A stretch of DNA of 63,180 bases, filler included, from Octopus bimaculoides (Eukaryota): NCBI RefSeq assembly GCF_001194135.2. It is 6 parts of 5 records of this genome, joined end to end, with 100 filler letters (N's around TTAATTAATTAA, not from the genome) between each part and the next. Parts side by side here need not be neighbours in the genome. Positions count along the whole stretch, not along the records: positions 28,779 to 50,583 come from NC_068993.1; 5 more parts are not named here. The stretch is one strand, 5' to 3'. Position 1 is the stretch's first letter, and each line of letters begins with the position of its first letter. A model generated the notes under the pieces. The model made no database searches, was not told the origin of the DNA, and saw only the letters and a program-made list of their open reading frames with translations. The translations under genes and the position numbers were made by a program. Below, piece by piece: positions 37,097 through 50,555 of this stretch.

Positions 37097-38038
37097 CACA
37101 ATCGCACACATATGTGTATGTATACATATAAAAATTTATTTATATTCTATATATAGATATNNNNNNNNNNNNNNNNNNNNNNNNNNNNNNNNNNNNNNNN
37201 NNNNNNNNNNNNNNNNNNNNNNNNNNNNNNNNNNNNNNNNNNNNNNNNNNNNNNNNNNNNNNNNNNNNNNNNNNNNNNNNNNNNNNNNNNNNNNNNNNNN
37301 NNNNNNNNNNNNNNNNNNNNNNNNNNNNNNNNNNNNNNNNNNNNNNNNNNNNNNNNNNNNNNNNNNNNNNNNNNNNNNNNNNNNNNNNNNNNNNNNNNNN
37401 NNNNNNNNNNNNNNNNNNNNNNNNNNNNNNNNNNNNNNNNNNNNNNNNNNNNNNNNNNNNNNNNNNNNNNNNNNNNNNNNNNNNNNNNNNNNNNNNNNNN
37501 NNNNNNNNNNNNNNNNNNNNNNNNNNNNNNNNNNNNNNNNNNNNNNNNNNNNNNNNNNNNNNNNNNNNNNNNNNNNNNNNNNNNNNNNNNNNNNNNNNNN
37601 NNNNNNNNNNNNNNNNNNNNNNNNNNNNNNNNNNNNNNNNNNNNNNNNNNNNNNNNNNNNNNNNNNNNNNNNNNNNNNNNNNNNNNNNNNNNNNNNNNNN
37701 NNNNNNNNNNNNNNNNNNNNNNNNNNNNNNNNNNNNNNNNNNNNNNNNNNNNNNNNNNNNNNNNNNNNNNNNNNNNNNNNNNNNNNNNNNNNNNNNNNNN
37801 NNNNNNNNNNNNNNNNNNNNNNNNNNNNNNNNNNNNNNNNNNNNNNNNNNNNNNNNNNNNNNNNNNNNNNNNNNNNNNNNNNNNNNNNNNNNNNNNNNNN
37901 NNNNNNNNNNNNNNNNNNNNNNNNNNNNNNNNNNNNNNNNNNNNNNNNNNNNNNNNNNNNNNNNNNNNNNNNNNNNNNNNNNNNNNNNNNNNNNNNNNNN
38001 NNNNNNNNNNNNNNNNNNNNNNNNNNNNNNNNNNNNNN

Positions 38039-38087
<49 letters not shown>

Positions 38088-38494
38088 ACACAGATACATA
38101 CCCACTCGTGTACACTCAGACACATATGCGTCCGCGTATATGTAGTTTTTGTGATATAAACACGAGAAAAATAATCCCTTGTATGAAGACGTATCATATA
38201 CACACGTTTTTATATTAGTTATAAAGTGAGATAAGTGACTCAAAGAGCAAGAGCTTCACGCATTCCATTTGTCAAAGTTTGGTAAGAATTGCGCATGAAA
38301 CTTTCGGCTCGTAAGCTATTTAAGTTGCTCTACACCTTAATAAATAAAAAACATTATCTGATGATCCATTTTGGTCAAGTATTTAAATGCGCTTGGAACT
38401 CCCAGTGCACGGTTCCAAACAACATTAATTGTGAAACGTACGTGGGAGCTAATAATACAAACTTGGGTTTACCTTAATTTCACCTATATATGTA

Positions 38495-39830
38495 CAGGGT
38501 GAGGCAAAGTGGAAAGACGTTTTTGAAATCGCTATTACTCAGGCTCCATGGGGAGAGAGACATATGTCCGACAGATACCATTCGCTCCGTGGTGTCTTTG
38601 CATTTTCTTTTTTCTTTTCAGGTGAAGCCATGGCGCTGTGGACGATAGAACATCATGTGTTTGCCTACGACAGTTACGCGAAGAATAACGAGTCTGTTAC
38701 AGCAATTCAGCTTGAGTTTCGGCGCCACTTCAACATTCACCGAAATCAGGCTGTTCCCGCCCGTAGCACAATCTTATATTGGATGAATGCACTTCGTACA
38801 TGAGGTACACTAATGAATAGGAGACCAGTGAGGACATCATTAACGGTACAGACCCCGGAAAATGTGGAACGCGTCAGACAAACATTGATACGGAGTCCGA
38901 ATCACTCTGCTCGGAGGCATTCCACTGAATTTGGCATGGGTAATCAATTGGTTAGGTGTATTTTGCATGGAGACCTACATTTCCACCCGTACAAATTGGT
39001 CATTGGGCACCAGTTGAAACCATGGGACTCTGCACAGCGGTTTAACTTCGCACGTCAGAGGAACGCGATTTTTGAGGCAAATGACAACCTTAATGAATTA
39101 ATTAGTGATGAAGCTCATTTTCATCACAATGGCATGGTGAATCAACAGAACTGTTGTTATTGGACTCTTGAAAACACGAGATAACTGCACGAAAGGTTAC
39201 TGCACAGCCCCAAAGTGACGGTCTGGTATGCTACTGGAAAATCTGCCGTCATTGGCCCTTACTTTTTTAAAGACAATAGTGAAAATGCTGTTCCTGTGAA
39301 CGCCGAGCGTTACATCGAGATGATAAACAACTTCTTTGTGCCTGAATTACGACGAAAACGTATTCGAGGTGTGTGGTTTCAGTAGGATGGGGCGACGGCC
39401 CACACAACCAGAGCATCAATGGATGTTCTTCGCCCTCTCTTCGATGACCGCCTCATTTCTAGGTTTCCAGACATTCCTTGGCCCCGTTGGTCCCCTGATT
39501 TGTCCATGTGTGATTATTCTTTGCGGGGAAGCCTCAAGGCACGTGTGTATGCGCATAAGCCCCGTACATTGGACAATTTGAAGGAAACTGTTCGCGTGGA
39601 AGTCGCCCAAATCGACAAAGAAATGCTGGAGAGAGTGGAGGCCAACTTCCAAGAACGTCTTCAGAAATGCATCAATGAAAACGGACACCACATGATGGAT
39701 GTTGTTTTCCACTCTTGATTTTGACAAATGCTAGTTCAATACGAACTCAATGATGTCAATAAAATCTGTTTGCAACTATAATTAAGGATTTTGTGAATTT
39801 TTAAAAAATGTCCGTCTACTCGGAACCTAT
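38495..39830 (+). mobile_element. Tc1/mariner DD41D (rosa/Visitor-type) transposon; transposase pseudogene 38630-39718
   Basis: MALWTIEHHVFAYDSY..., ISDEAHF, VWFQ*DGATAH, WPRWSPDLSMCDY; 41 residues counted between the 2nd and 3rd Asp; three in-frame stops; begins TA-CAGGGTG; TIRs degenerate. Confidence 0.9.
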
Positions 39831-40009
39831 TATTTGCCGGCAATGAAGAACAGGAAGAAGACGAAGATTTACTAAAAGAGGAAGAATTCTTCTACAAATG
39901 TGCAATTTGAACGACTTATGTCAGTCAATATGGAAGTTATACCCGCTTTTGCATTACTTTTGGTGCAACCCTCGTGTCTGTGTGAATATACATATCTACG
40001 TATGTAGCG

Positions 40010-40183
40010 AACTTCGATGTCTTTACGAGGGACTAATTCCGAGGAGTAAAGAATGGCTATAAAAGGAATCAAGGTGAGAAAATATGGAGGCGATTATGCG
40101 GATAAACAGATCTACTCACCTGGATTCTTCTGATAGCCACTTTTTATCCCGCGGAATTAGTCCCTCGTAAACATATCGAAGTT
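40010..40183. mobile_element. MITE-like hairpin, 69-bp imperfect arms, 36-nt spacer
   Basis: aacttcgatgtctttacgagggactaattccg... / ...cggaattagtccctcgtaaacatatcgaagtt. Confidence 0.8.
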
Positions 40184-40261
40184 TGAGTTCGAATCGTTTA
40201 CGAGTTACGAAGTATTTTCTATACTAAGAATCTCTGGATCTGATCTGTTGACTGTATCTAC

Positions 40262-40292
<31 letters not shown>

Positions 40293-40574
40293 TGTATGTA
40301 TGTATGTATGTATATGAGCCCCAGTTATAAGCATATACCGGCAGTTAACGACACGTATACACACGTCATATCTCGTATTGAGTATAAATATAGTTTATGT
40401 AAACATACTACATATAAAAATAGCATATATAAATAGAAATATCCCATTCACACACATCATACATACACACACACACACGCATATATATAAATAATATATA
40501 TATATATATATACGGGTGCTGCTATTAAGTTAGTCATGGCCTGGGCCAATTCTGGCCGAAACTTATCAACCTAA

Positions 40575-40629
<55 letters not shown>

Positions 40630-40661
40630 TACATATATACATACACATATATATATAGATA

Positions 40662-41572
40662 TGTAGTGAAACTAACACCTCGATCGCCATTGTATACAAA
40701 GAAGCCATCTTGCTGTTATAAATATATTCAAGATCGGCCGTAGTAGAAAACACATTTCCCTGTCATCACGTGACTGATTATTATTTGAAGCGGCAATAGC
40801 TTCATACCGTTCCCGCCAGAACGCAAACTGACCAATCACAGCTCTTAATAAGGTCACGTGATAGTGTTTTTCTATGTTATAAATAGCCTAGATTATACCC
40901 GGCAAATTCGTCTCGGTTCAGTTTCTCTTAGAGACTGTTCCGTGTACCACACAGCAGCAGCAATTCCAGCGACTACAGCAACAGCTTCGTCCAGCTACGA
41001 CTACCACCGACGTCGCCATCAGCAACACGAGTCTACGACTACNNNNNNNNNNAGCTTCGTCCAGCTACGACTACCACCGACGTCGCCATCAGCAACACGA
41101 GTCTACGACTACTAACCAGCATCATCGCCAACCATAGTCAACACGACTTTCTACGTACACCAGCGTCCAAACAGTAACCGCGGCACATATTCTCTCTTCG
41201 ATTCTGCTAGGTGTTTCAGCTTCACCACGATAATTAATAGACAAGAGTTCAGCCAGCGACGAACATCTGTATAACAAGAACCCGGCCCGGCATGGAAGCC
41301 ACAACATTACAACTAGTGATCGCTCTGCCACACTCATACGCCTCAACTTCTTTCACATACAGACTCTTCCTATTGTGTGCTCTAAGAACTGGTATAAATG
41401 CTCACACGTGTTACTGACTCTTTTTCTATCTGCTGTAATATCACGCATACACATACATGTATCACTCACACACACTCTTTTCTTTATACGACGGCCTGTC
41501 TTTTATTATGTTTTTATATGTCGCATTTACACTCACACACAGACATACATTTTAACGTCACAATAAATAATT
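40662..41572 (+). mobile_element. LTR-like element (U3 promoter motifs, R/U5), 3' end in gap
   Basis: Starts TGTAGTG; TCACGTGA x2, CCAAT, TATAAATA, AATAAA near 41563; 41325-41570 recurs at 58185-58425. Confidence 0.55.
40766..40923 (+). promoter_or_regulatory. Candidate Pol II promoter cluster inside the LTR-like element
   Basis: TCACGTGA 40766-40773 and 40854-40861, CCAAT 40832-40836, TATAAATA 40878-40885, Inr-like TCAGTT 40918-40923. Confidence 0.45.
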
Positions 41573-41955
41573 NNNNNNNNNNNNNNNNNNNNNNNNNNNN
41601 NNNNNNNNNNNNNNNNNNNNNNNNNNNNNNNNNNNNNNNNNNNNNNNNNNNNNNNNNNNNNNNNNNNNNNNNNNNNNNNNNNNNNNNNNNNNNNNNNNNN
41701 NNNNNNNNNNNNNNNNNNNNNNNNNNNNNNNNNNNNNNNNNNNNNNNNNNNNNNNNNNNNNNNNNNNNNNNNNNNNNNNNNNNNNNNNNNNNNNNNNNNN
41801 NNNNNNNNNNNNNCCTTAGTTGCCTTAGTAGTAAAAATAGATTCTGTTGTAAGACCACGGGACATTCACTTTCTCTCTGTCTCTCTTTCTCACATACACT
41901 CTCTCTCTCTCTCACTCTCTCACTCTCTCTGTATCACTATCTTTCAAGCTACCAC

Positions 41956-42019
<64 letters not shown>

Positions 42020-43624
42020 TTAGCTATTTCTAGCTCTCGGTATCTGTCTATTTATCTATCTATATGTTTGCCTGTCTTGCTATATATTTCTCTCTGTTTT
42101 ATCTGTCCATCAATCTATGTGTCTATCAATCTACTCGACGTATCCGAGGACCACTTGGCTCGTTTCGACTGCTAATTGTTCTGTCCGCTGGTTTCACTTC
42201 ATACTATATTTACACAGCGGAGTGAGCGTATGTTTATTAAACGAGAGTGTGTCAGCTTATTCACAATCTATCCGCATACACACGCTGCCTCGGACTTTGG
42301 AGTATATGTGTGTGTGTTTGAGTGGTTATATGTGTATGCTATGTATATATCTATATATCTATATATANNNNNNNNNNNNNNNNNNNNNNNNNNNNNNNNN
42401 NNNNNNNNNNNNNNNNNNNNNNNNNNNNNNNNNNNNNNNNNNNNNNNNNNNNNNNNNNNNNNNNNNNNNNNNNNNNNNNNNNNNNNNNNNNNNNNNNNNN
42501 NNNNNNNNNNNNNNNNNNNNNNNNNNNNNNNNNNNNNNNNNNNNNNNNNNNNNNNNNNNNNNNNNNNNNNNNNNNNNNNNNNNNNNNNNNNNNNNNNNNN
42601 NNNNNNNNNNNNNNNNNNNNNNNNNNNNNNNNNNNNNNNNNNNNNNNNNNNNNNNNNNNNNNNNNNNNNNNNNNNNNNNNNNNNNNNNNNNNNNNNNNNN
42701 NNNNNNNNNNNNNNNNNNNNNNNNNNNNNNNNNNNNNNNNNNNNNNNNNNNNNNNNNNNNNNNNNNNNNNNNNNNNNNNNNNNNNNNNNNNNNNNNNNNN
42801 NNNNNNNNNNNNNNNNNNNNNNNNNNNNNNNNNNNNNNNNNNNNNNNNNNNNNNNNNNNNNNNNNNNNNNNNNNNNNNNNNNNNNNNNNNNNNNNNNNNN
42901 NNNNNNNNNNNNNNNNNNNNNNNNNNNNNNNNNNNNNNNNNNNNNNNNNNNNNNNNNNNNNNNNNNNNNNNNNNNNNNNNNNNNNNNNNNNNNNNNNNNN
43001 NNNNNNNNNNNNNNNNNNNNNNNNNNNNNNNNNNNNNNNNNNNNNNNNNNNNNNNNNNNNNNNNNNNNNNNNNNNNNNNNNNNNNNNNNNNNNNNNNNNN
43101 NNNNNNNNNNNNNNNNNNNNNNNNNNNNNNNNNNNNNNNNNNNNNNNNNNNNNNNNNNNNNNNNNNNNNNNNNNNNNNNNNNNNNNNNNNNNNNNNNNNN
43201 NNNNNNNNNNNNNNNNNNNNNNNNNNNNNNNNNNNNNNNNNNNNNNNNNNNNNNNNNNNNNNNNNNNNNNNNNNNNNNNNNNNNNNNNNNNNNNNNNNNN
43301 NNNNNNNNNNNNNNNNNNNNNNNNNNNNNNNNNNNNACGAAGGAAATGCTTGTAGAGGATCAAGCATTATGTGTAGAGAAGAAGAGGGGAAAGGTAAACG
43401 ATGTGACACAGAAAGTGAGAGAGAGAGAGAGAGGGGGGGAGAGAGAAAGAGGGATGGGGAGAGGATTGAGGGAAAGAGAAAGAAAACATATTTAGCAGCG
43501 ACGCCGGGTGGAGGGGGTGGGGGGTGGTAAATGAATAAATGTATAAATACAAATTAGCATCCACGCACACATACACATACACGCGTGCTCACACGCACAC
43601 ACGCACTCACACACGCGCATACAG

Positions 43625-43665
<41 letters not shown>

Positions 43666-44114
43666 CACACACACGCATACACACACACATATATATATAA
43701 GAGCATATTCACATACATACATACATACATATACATACAGGCGAGTTGGTGTGTATATGTATATATACATCAATATGTTCTTAACTATGCGCGCATGTAT
43801 GAAAGCATAACACACACAGGCATGATGTATGTATGCGTGTACGTATGGATATGTGTGCGAATGTGTGCGCATAACGTACCCACACACGCACAACAGCGCG
43901 TATATGCACATACATTTATTTATAAGAAAAACACGGAGGAAGTGGTGGGGATGGATGTAGGTAGGAAAAGGATGAGAGAAAGAATAGAGAAAGAGTGGGA
44001 GGTAAGTTTTCATAAACGAGATGTGAATAAGTCGTGATAGCAGATGGAACTTGTGTACACATCTGTGGTGGTGTGTTGCAGCCGGTAGACAAAGCTACCT
44101 GACAATCTAGATAC

Positions 44115-44122
44115 TATAAAAG
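44115..44122 (+). promoter_or_regulatory. Candidate TATA box of the TINAGL1-like gene
   Basis: TATAAAAG about 210 nt upstream of the ATG; position plausible but unverified. Confidence 0.35.
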
Positions 44123-44324
44123 AACGTGTAAACGAAGTAGGAGGAAACCACGGGGCGTTTTGCCAATACCCCTCAGCAGTTCTGAAGAGGGTGAAATACT
44201 CCAAGAAGTTTAGCATATCCATCATTTTCTCTACCTCCATCTCTCATTACTAAACTTCTAAACTAAGAGGAGAAAGGAAAAAACAATCACCGAACGAGAT
44301 AATTGAAAGAACTACAGGGCAAAA

Positions 44325-44688
44325 ATGTCTGCCGGTTTTGTATTCAGGTGTCTCGCCATGTTCCTGCTTCTCGTGCTTGTATTGAACCCATTTGGATGTG
44401 ATTCGTTACCTCGTCAACCGGATTGGTCAGATGAGGACCTGGCAAGAAAATGGTGTCAAATTCGTCGAGGGGAGCAGTGTTGTCGTGGACGAAATGACGA
44501 GTGTACTGTGCCCATGCATGGCACTTTATGCTACTGTGATGATTTCTGTAATTCGACGGCTTTGGACTGCTGTCCAGATTTCTGGTCATTCTGCATGGGC
44601 ACTCGACCTCCTTGGGGATATTTTACTACCACTACCACCACCACACCGCGCACCGATATTCCGGACGAGCCTGGATCAGGTGACATCA
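44325..44688 (+). CDS. TINAGL1: First coding exon of a secreted tubulointerstitial nephritis antigen-like (TINAGL1/Swim, cathepsin B-like) protein: signal peptide + SMB-like domain + Thr-rich linker
   Basis: Hydrophobic leader then CCRGRNDECTVPMHGTLCYCDDFCNSTALDCCPDFWSFCMG, matching the TINAG-family pattern; ends at phase-1 donor GTAAGT (44689); other SMB-containing families not excluded; later exons not found in the window. Confidence 0.75.
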
Positions 44689-44801
44689 GTAAGTAACCAG
44701 CTACCTTTTATGTTGATGATTCCAAAATTTTACGTGATTTTCTAATTGTTTCAAGGGTTTTCAATTTAAATGTTTTTTTTTCTAAATATGTATGCTCCTT
44801 C

Positions 44802-44865
<64 letters not shown>

Positions 44866-45420
44866 NNNNNNNNNNNNNNNNNNNNNNNNNNNNNNNNNNN
44901 NNNNNNNNNNNNNNNNNNNNNNNNNNNNNNNNNNNNNNNNNNNNNNNNNNNNNNNNNNNNNNNNNNNNNNNNNNNNNNNNNNNNNNNNNNNNNNNNNNNN
45001 NNNNNNNNNNNNNNNNNNNNNNNNNNNNNNNNNNNNNNNNNNNNNNNNNNNNNNNNNNNNNNNNNNNNNNNNNNNNNNNNNNNNNNNNNNNNNNNNNNNN
45101 NNNNNNNNNNNNNNNNNNNNNNNNNNNNNNNNNNNNNNNNNNNNNNNNNNNNNNNNNNNNNNNNNNNNNNNNNNNNNNNNNNNNNNNNNNNNNNNNNNNN
45201 NNNNNNNNNNNNNNNNNNNNNNNNNNNNNNNNNNNNNNNNNNNNNNNNNNNNNNNNNNNNNNNNNNNNNNNNNNNNNNNNNCCGCATTCTTTCTTTTTGT
45301 GATTTACTAAAAAGTTCCTTTTTGTCTGTTTCTCCGCCACCTGTATTTCTCCCACCCCACCTTTACACAACCACGACCTCTTTTTTCCGTCTTCTGCAAT
45401 TTCTACTAATCCTTTCTACT

Positions 45421-45735
45421 GTAGGCACAAGGCCAGAAATTTGGGGGCGAGGAGTGGGGGCGGATAGTTGACTACATCGATCCGAGTACGCAACTTGCAC
45501 TTATTTTATCAGCCCTGAAAGGATAAAAGGCAAAGTCGACCTCGCCAGAATTTGAACTCAGAACGTGCAGACTGCCGCTAAGCATTTTACCCGGCGTGCT
45601 AAAGATCCTGTCAGCTCGTCGACTTGTTGTGGTTAATAGTCCATTCTATTATAGGCACAAGGCTTGAAATTTGAGGGAGGGGGATAGTCGATTACATCGA
45701 CCCCAGTACCCAACTTTATTTATCGACCCCGATTT
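45421..45735 (-). mobile_element. Adjacent pair of SINE family B copies (45421-45622 and truncated 45652-45735)
   Basis: Reverse complement of the family B consensus seen at 24254 and 48853. Confidence 0.8.
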
Positions 45736-46189
45736 GTGGTTATTAGTGTTGATGGTCAATAACGAAGTCATGTACGGAATGTAAGGGGACGTAACTAAAT
45801 GACAAAATATTTCGTACTTCGTCGTTCTACGAAAATCTGTCAACGTGCTGCACGCAGGAATGTTGCAACGATGAGAAAATATGGCTTGTCTAGATTGTTC
45901 TCATTGAAATATTAACATCCTGTTTGTGAAGGTTCATCAATGAGTGATGAAGGTTAATTCGTACATTGTTTACTTTTAATTAGGACAGTATATACATTTC
46001 TCGTTAAACAAGCTAAAATAGCTATTATTTGTTTATTGTGTTTTTTAATGAAATGACTCTTACGCTATTAACCACTAACATTGATAAGCAGCATGTACGT
46101 GTGTATGTAAATATATGCCGGTCTGCACATACGAGTATATGCTCATACATGTGTCAATGTGTGTATGCGTGTGTGTGAAGGTGCATTGC

Positions 46190-46505
46190 ATGGCTTAGTG
46201 GAAAAGGTACTCGGTTCACGATCGCAACTTCGTGAGTTCGATTCCCGGCAGCGCGTTGCATCCTTCTGCAAAACACTATTTTCATGTTGCTCCTATCCAC
46301 CCAGCTGGCAAAAATGAGCTGTACCAGTAATTCAAAGGGGACAGCTTTGTCACATTCTGTGTCATGTTGAATCTTCTCGAGAATTATGTTAAAGATACCT
46401 GTGTCTGTGGAGTACTCAGCCACTGAACGTTAATTTCACGAGCTGACTGTTCCGCTAATCAGATCGATTGGAACCCTTGTCGTCGTAACCGACGGAGTGC
46501 CACAA
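46190..46505 (+). mobile_element. tRNA-derived SINE family C (Ceph-domain-like)
   Basis: gtgtctgtggagtactcagccactgaacgttaatttcacgagc...gtcgtcgtaaccgacggagtgc; related to 50450-50555 and 62115-62530. Confidence 0.75.
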
Positions 46506-47127
46506 GTGTGTATATATATGTGTATATGACTGTAAATACGTATATATATGGCTGTAAATATTATATATACACAGTTATGCGTATATATGTATATATATAT
46601 GGCTGTAAATACGACTTCTCTGCCTCTTGATGTATTATTTTGCTTCTGTTCTGTTTTTTCTATCATTACTATTGTTTAGGTCTAAGTTCAACCCTATGTT
46701 CAAAGCCTTCCGACTGTGGCCACCCCACCTTTCTGTATATCAGAGACTACTAAATTGCCCAATGTGTCTTTATGTATTTAAGACAGTATCGTGAGATTTA
46801 AGGGAGGTTTGGCTGTTATTCTGAGTGACCACGTGGAGGCTCTTTCATTGTTTCGTATGATTTATTTAAACATTTGTGCCTGGGTGCAACAACTACACAC
46901 NNNNNNNNNNTATATCTGAATTAATTATCTGCTAAATTGCTTCAGATAAAAGGCTTAATCTTTCGTGTAGTTATCAACAGAGAACGGAACATTTCTCATT
47001 TGCCGGACATATTGTTATTATAGACATCCCTTCAAGCCAACAACCGGTTACTTTGCTTTTGTTCTGTTTTATTTTCATTTGAGGGAGCGTAGCCATAGAA
47101 ATTCTGATATTAATGCATTCGTTTGAA

Positions 47128-47292
47128 GCCGGCATGCTGGGAGAATCGTTAACATGTCGGGTTAATACTTACCAGCATTTCGTCCGTCTTCACGTTCTGA
47201 GTTCAGTAAGTACCAATAAGTACCACTGAGGTCACTGTACTCGACTTACTCCCTCCCCCAAAATTTCTGACCTTGTGCCAAAATTTGAAAAC
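47128..47292 (+). mobile_element. SINE family B, internally deleted
   Basis: atttcgtccgtcttcacgttctgagttca...ccttgtgccaaaatttgaaac. Confidence 0.7.
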
Positions 47293-48852
47293 TGCGTGGA
47301 TGAAATAATCCCTGTTGGGATTTTGAACCCACCATGCGACAATTGTTATGTATGTGATTGTTAATGTGTAACTCCAGTTTATCTCTGATCCAACAGACAT
47401 AAAATACAGAATCTTACATAAGAGAGAGTGAATAAATAAACACACATTGAAACAGTGAGGTAATGATTTTTACATAGGCAGAAGGCCAGAAATTTTGACA
47501 GGAGGGAACAAATATTGCACGTCATCATCTGGATTCAAATCCATGCGTGGAAACCCAGCGGATTTCATGTCCATCATCTTAACCCATTCGTGCCGAAATT
47601 TTTCTAGTGAATGAAATTGCCTGAAAATTCACAGATATTATTATTTTGACCTAAATAACAACTGAAACAAATTTCATTGAAATCCGTTTGATGCAGACTG
47701 CATACGCGTTAAGAACGTTTCATTCTTTGATACAGATCATACACAAATCACAATTTGTATCAAGTATTTGTTTTATACCCTTATAAACCAAATGTCAGAC
47801 GATCGGCATGAATGGGTTAACTACTCAGCAACAGCACTCTAAACGTGCATCTACGTGAGAGCGTTAGCGCCGATACATATGCTAACATCTTTTATTGTTT
47901 CAAAGCAGTCAAAATGTTAAATTTGGTTTCCACATTGAAAACAGTTTTAAAATAGTTAGCAATTTTCAAAACTACTGATGTCACGTGTTTATTCCCGTAA
48001 TAGCATTTATTTATTCCTTAACATTCTCGAGCAAAACTTGCCGGTCTCCCAACAAGAAGTAAAGCATATCCATTGAAGTTACAGTGACAATAATAACAAC
48101 AACAACAGCCAACAAAAATAAGACCAAATGATGTGTCCCACTTAAAAGTTGACTTTGCAAGAAGACATGTGTGGGTTTTTTTTTTCTTTTTTCTTTGCTT
48201 CGTTTTCTTCTTTCTTCTCGAAAGCCACAGCTTCTTAAGATTGTTTTCTTAAACATTTGGTGACACAGTGAGAGATTCAACAGTGATTATAATTCCAGAT
48301 TTATTCAAGGATCAGTAGATCAGCAAAATCAGTAGGCTCAGTACATCACAGCAATAAATACCTAGTGGTGTTTACGTCACTTTATGTCATGAGTTCAAAT
48401 CTTGCCACAGTTAACTTCACCTTTGATCTTCCCGGAAATCCATGTCTTCAGTAACAGTCTAAAGAAACGGAGTCGATTTAATCACGTATATTTGCACTTC
48501 TCCTTACACCCCCACCAAAAAAAAACGTGTTGTTCTGTGCCTATGTTAGACATCATATAATCTTGTTTAAGCATTGGTTGATTCCAATTAAACATTTTGA
48601 GTAAAATATTAAGCATCATCACATATTATCAAGTATTATCACATATTGTATTTTCGCTATTGACTCATCCGCAGAATCTTCTAAGAAAGAATAAGTTATA
48701 GTAATGCTTCATTGTTCTCTTGGATTAGGCATAAAACAGAAATGTTTACTAGGAGACACAGTACCTATACCAATCAGCCACCTGAGTGTCTTGTACAGAA
48801 TCAGGAGTTGCTACATCAAATAATGTGATTACTATATAAATGGATGGGTTGG

Positions 48853-49068
48853 GGCAGTGAGCTGGCAGAATCGCTACCGCGCCAGGAACAAAACGCTTAG
48901 CGGCATTTCCTTCGTCTTTACGGTCTGCGTTCAAATTCTGCCAAGGTTGACTTTGCCTTTCATCCTTTCGGAGGTCGATAAAATAATAAGCAGTTGACCA
49001 CTGGTGTTGATGTAATCGACTTGTTCTTTCCGCCCCGAAACTACTGGACTTGTACCAAGATTTGAAAC
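48853..49068 (+). mobile_element. SINE family B, full length
   Basis: ggcagtgagctggcagaatc...gactttgcctttcatcctttcggaggtcgataaaat. Confidence 0.85.
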
Positions 49069-50166
49069 CTATATATATACCTTATGTTGCAATATGGTCA
49101 CTGCACAACTTCCGGTATTAGTGGTTATGCACACTGTGTTAGAAAACTAATATTCCTATCCACACTAAGGGTTGTTTTACTGCAAGGCAATTGAATCAGT
49201 AATACAAACTAATGCAACATTCGTCAAATTCCCAATTCTTCCATTTCATACGGCAGTGTTCTGTGCCACTGAATGATACTTATTTAGAGATATATTAACA
49301 CAGCTATTGAGAGTTACGTGTTTTTGTACATGGACCCATTGCAGTGGTCTTAAGAGAATGTGAACTTCCAATTTTTTTGTTGGACTTCTGACCCGTACAT
49401 TTTTCAAGTCAGCGATCCACATTCAGATATATAACTTTTATAACAAGCAGAACTGTTTTAAGTTTTAGTCGTTGTAAAATATGTGAGAGCGGATAGCACA
49501 ATATTTCCACGTCTGTCGCTAAACCGGAACCGTTATTTCAGCCAAATTCTATTCCTGTGTCCCGCCCAACAAAAATGCAATTTATTTGCTGAATTTCAAA
49601 TTTTATTTCTAAAATATATAATATTATTATCAGTAAGGTAGTAGTAGTTGTTATTTAGCCTTATATCAACCCAGTGATAGAGACATTCCAAGCATGGCTA
49701 TCCATCTTACTTTTTCGGATATTTTGTATCTAGAACGACATTATGCAATGTGCCCTTTTTAAAAAGATAATTAGATGTAATTTGAAGGCAATCTCGCTAC
49801 ACTTTCTAGCAGGTCGAACGACTACGTGGAAGCTGGGTCATTTAGCAGAATCTAATCTCATCAAATTCATTTCATTGAACTTCCTCGTGAGAAAATGTTA
49901 ATGGGATTATCAAAAATACTCGGCATTTTATTTACAAATGGCGTAATTTCCTTTCAAAGAACAACTGTCAAATTGCTGACGTTCTCTTCTTTTTATGAAC
50001 GCCATTTTGGCGGACATTTTACTTCTCAACGACACTGAGAATGGGTTCAAATATGTGTATGTGAAATGCAACAAATAAAGCATCAATGAAGAGGACTTAA
50101 TACCTTATTTGGTTACTATACATATGTATAGATACAATAATATATAGATAGAGGGAGAAAATAGAG

Positions 50167-50204
<38 letters not shown>

Positions 50205-50449
50205 TTTTAGCGAGACATTTTTACGTAAAATGCTCAAATTTGTTTATTAGAGTGAAAGAATAGGCGGAAGAGTTAACTTCCGGTATACAATATAACAGAT
50301 ATCATAGCCTTACATCAAAGCATGTTTGAGATACGGAACGTTGTGTTTAGAGAACAATAACTCTCTACAGGTAATGTGTGTATATGTGTGTGTATGTGTG
50401 TGCGTGTGTGTGTGTCAGGATTGAGTCACTGAGAACTATGTTAAGAGAA

Positions 50450-50555
50450 CACGTGTCTGTGGAGTGCTCAGCCACTTGCACATTAATTTCACGAGCAAAC
50501 TGTTCCGTTGGTCCTATCAGCTGGGATCCTCGTCGTCGTAACCGACGCAGTGCTC
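50450..50555 (+). mobile_element. SINE family C 3' fragment
   Basis: cacgtgtctgtggagtgctcagccacttgcacattaatttcacgagc. Confidence 0.75.

Noticed and set aside
40983-41112. Exact ~60-bp repeat on both sides of a 10-N gap
   Set aside because: Typical unmerged contig overlap; assembly artefact.
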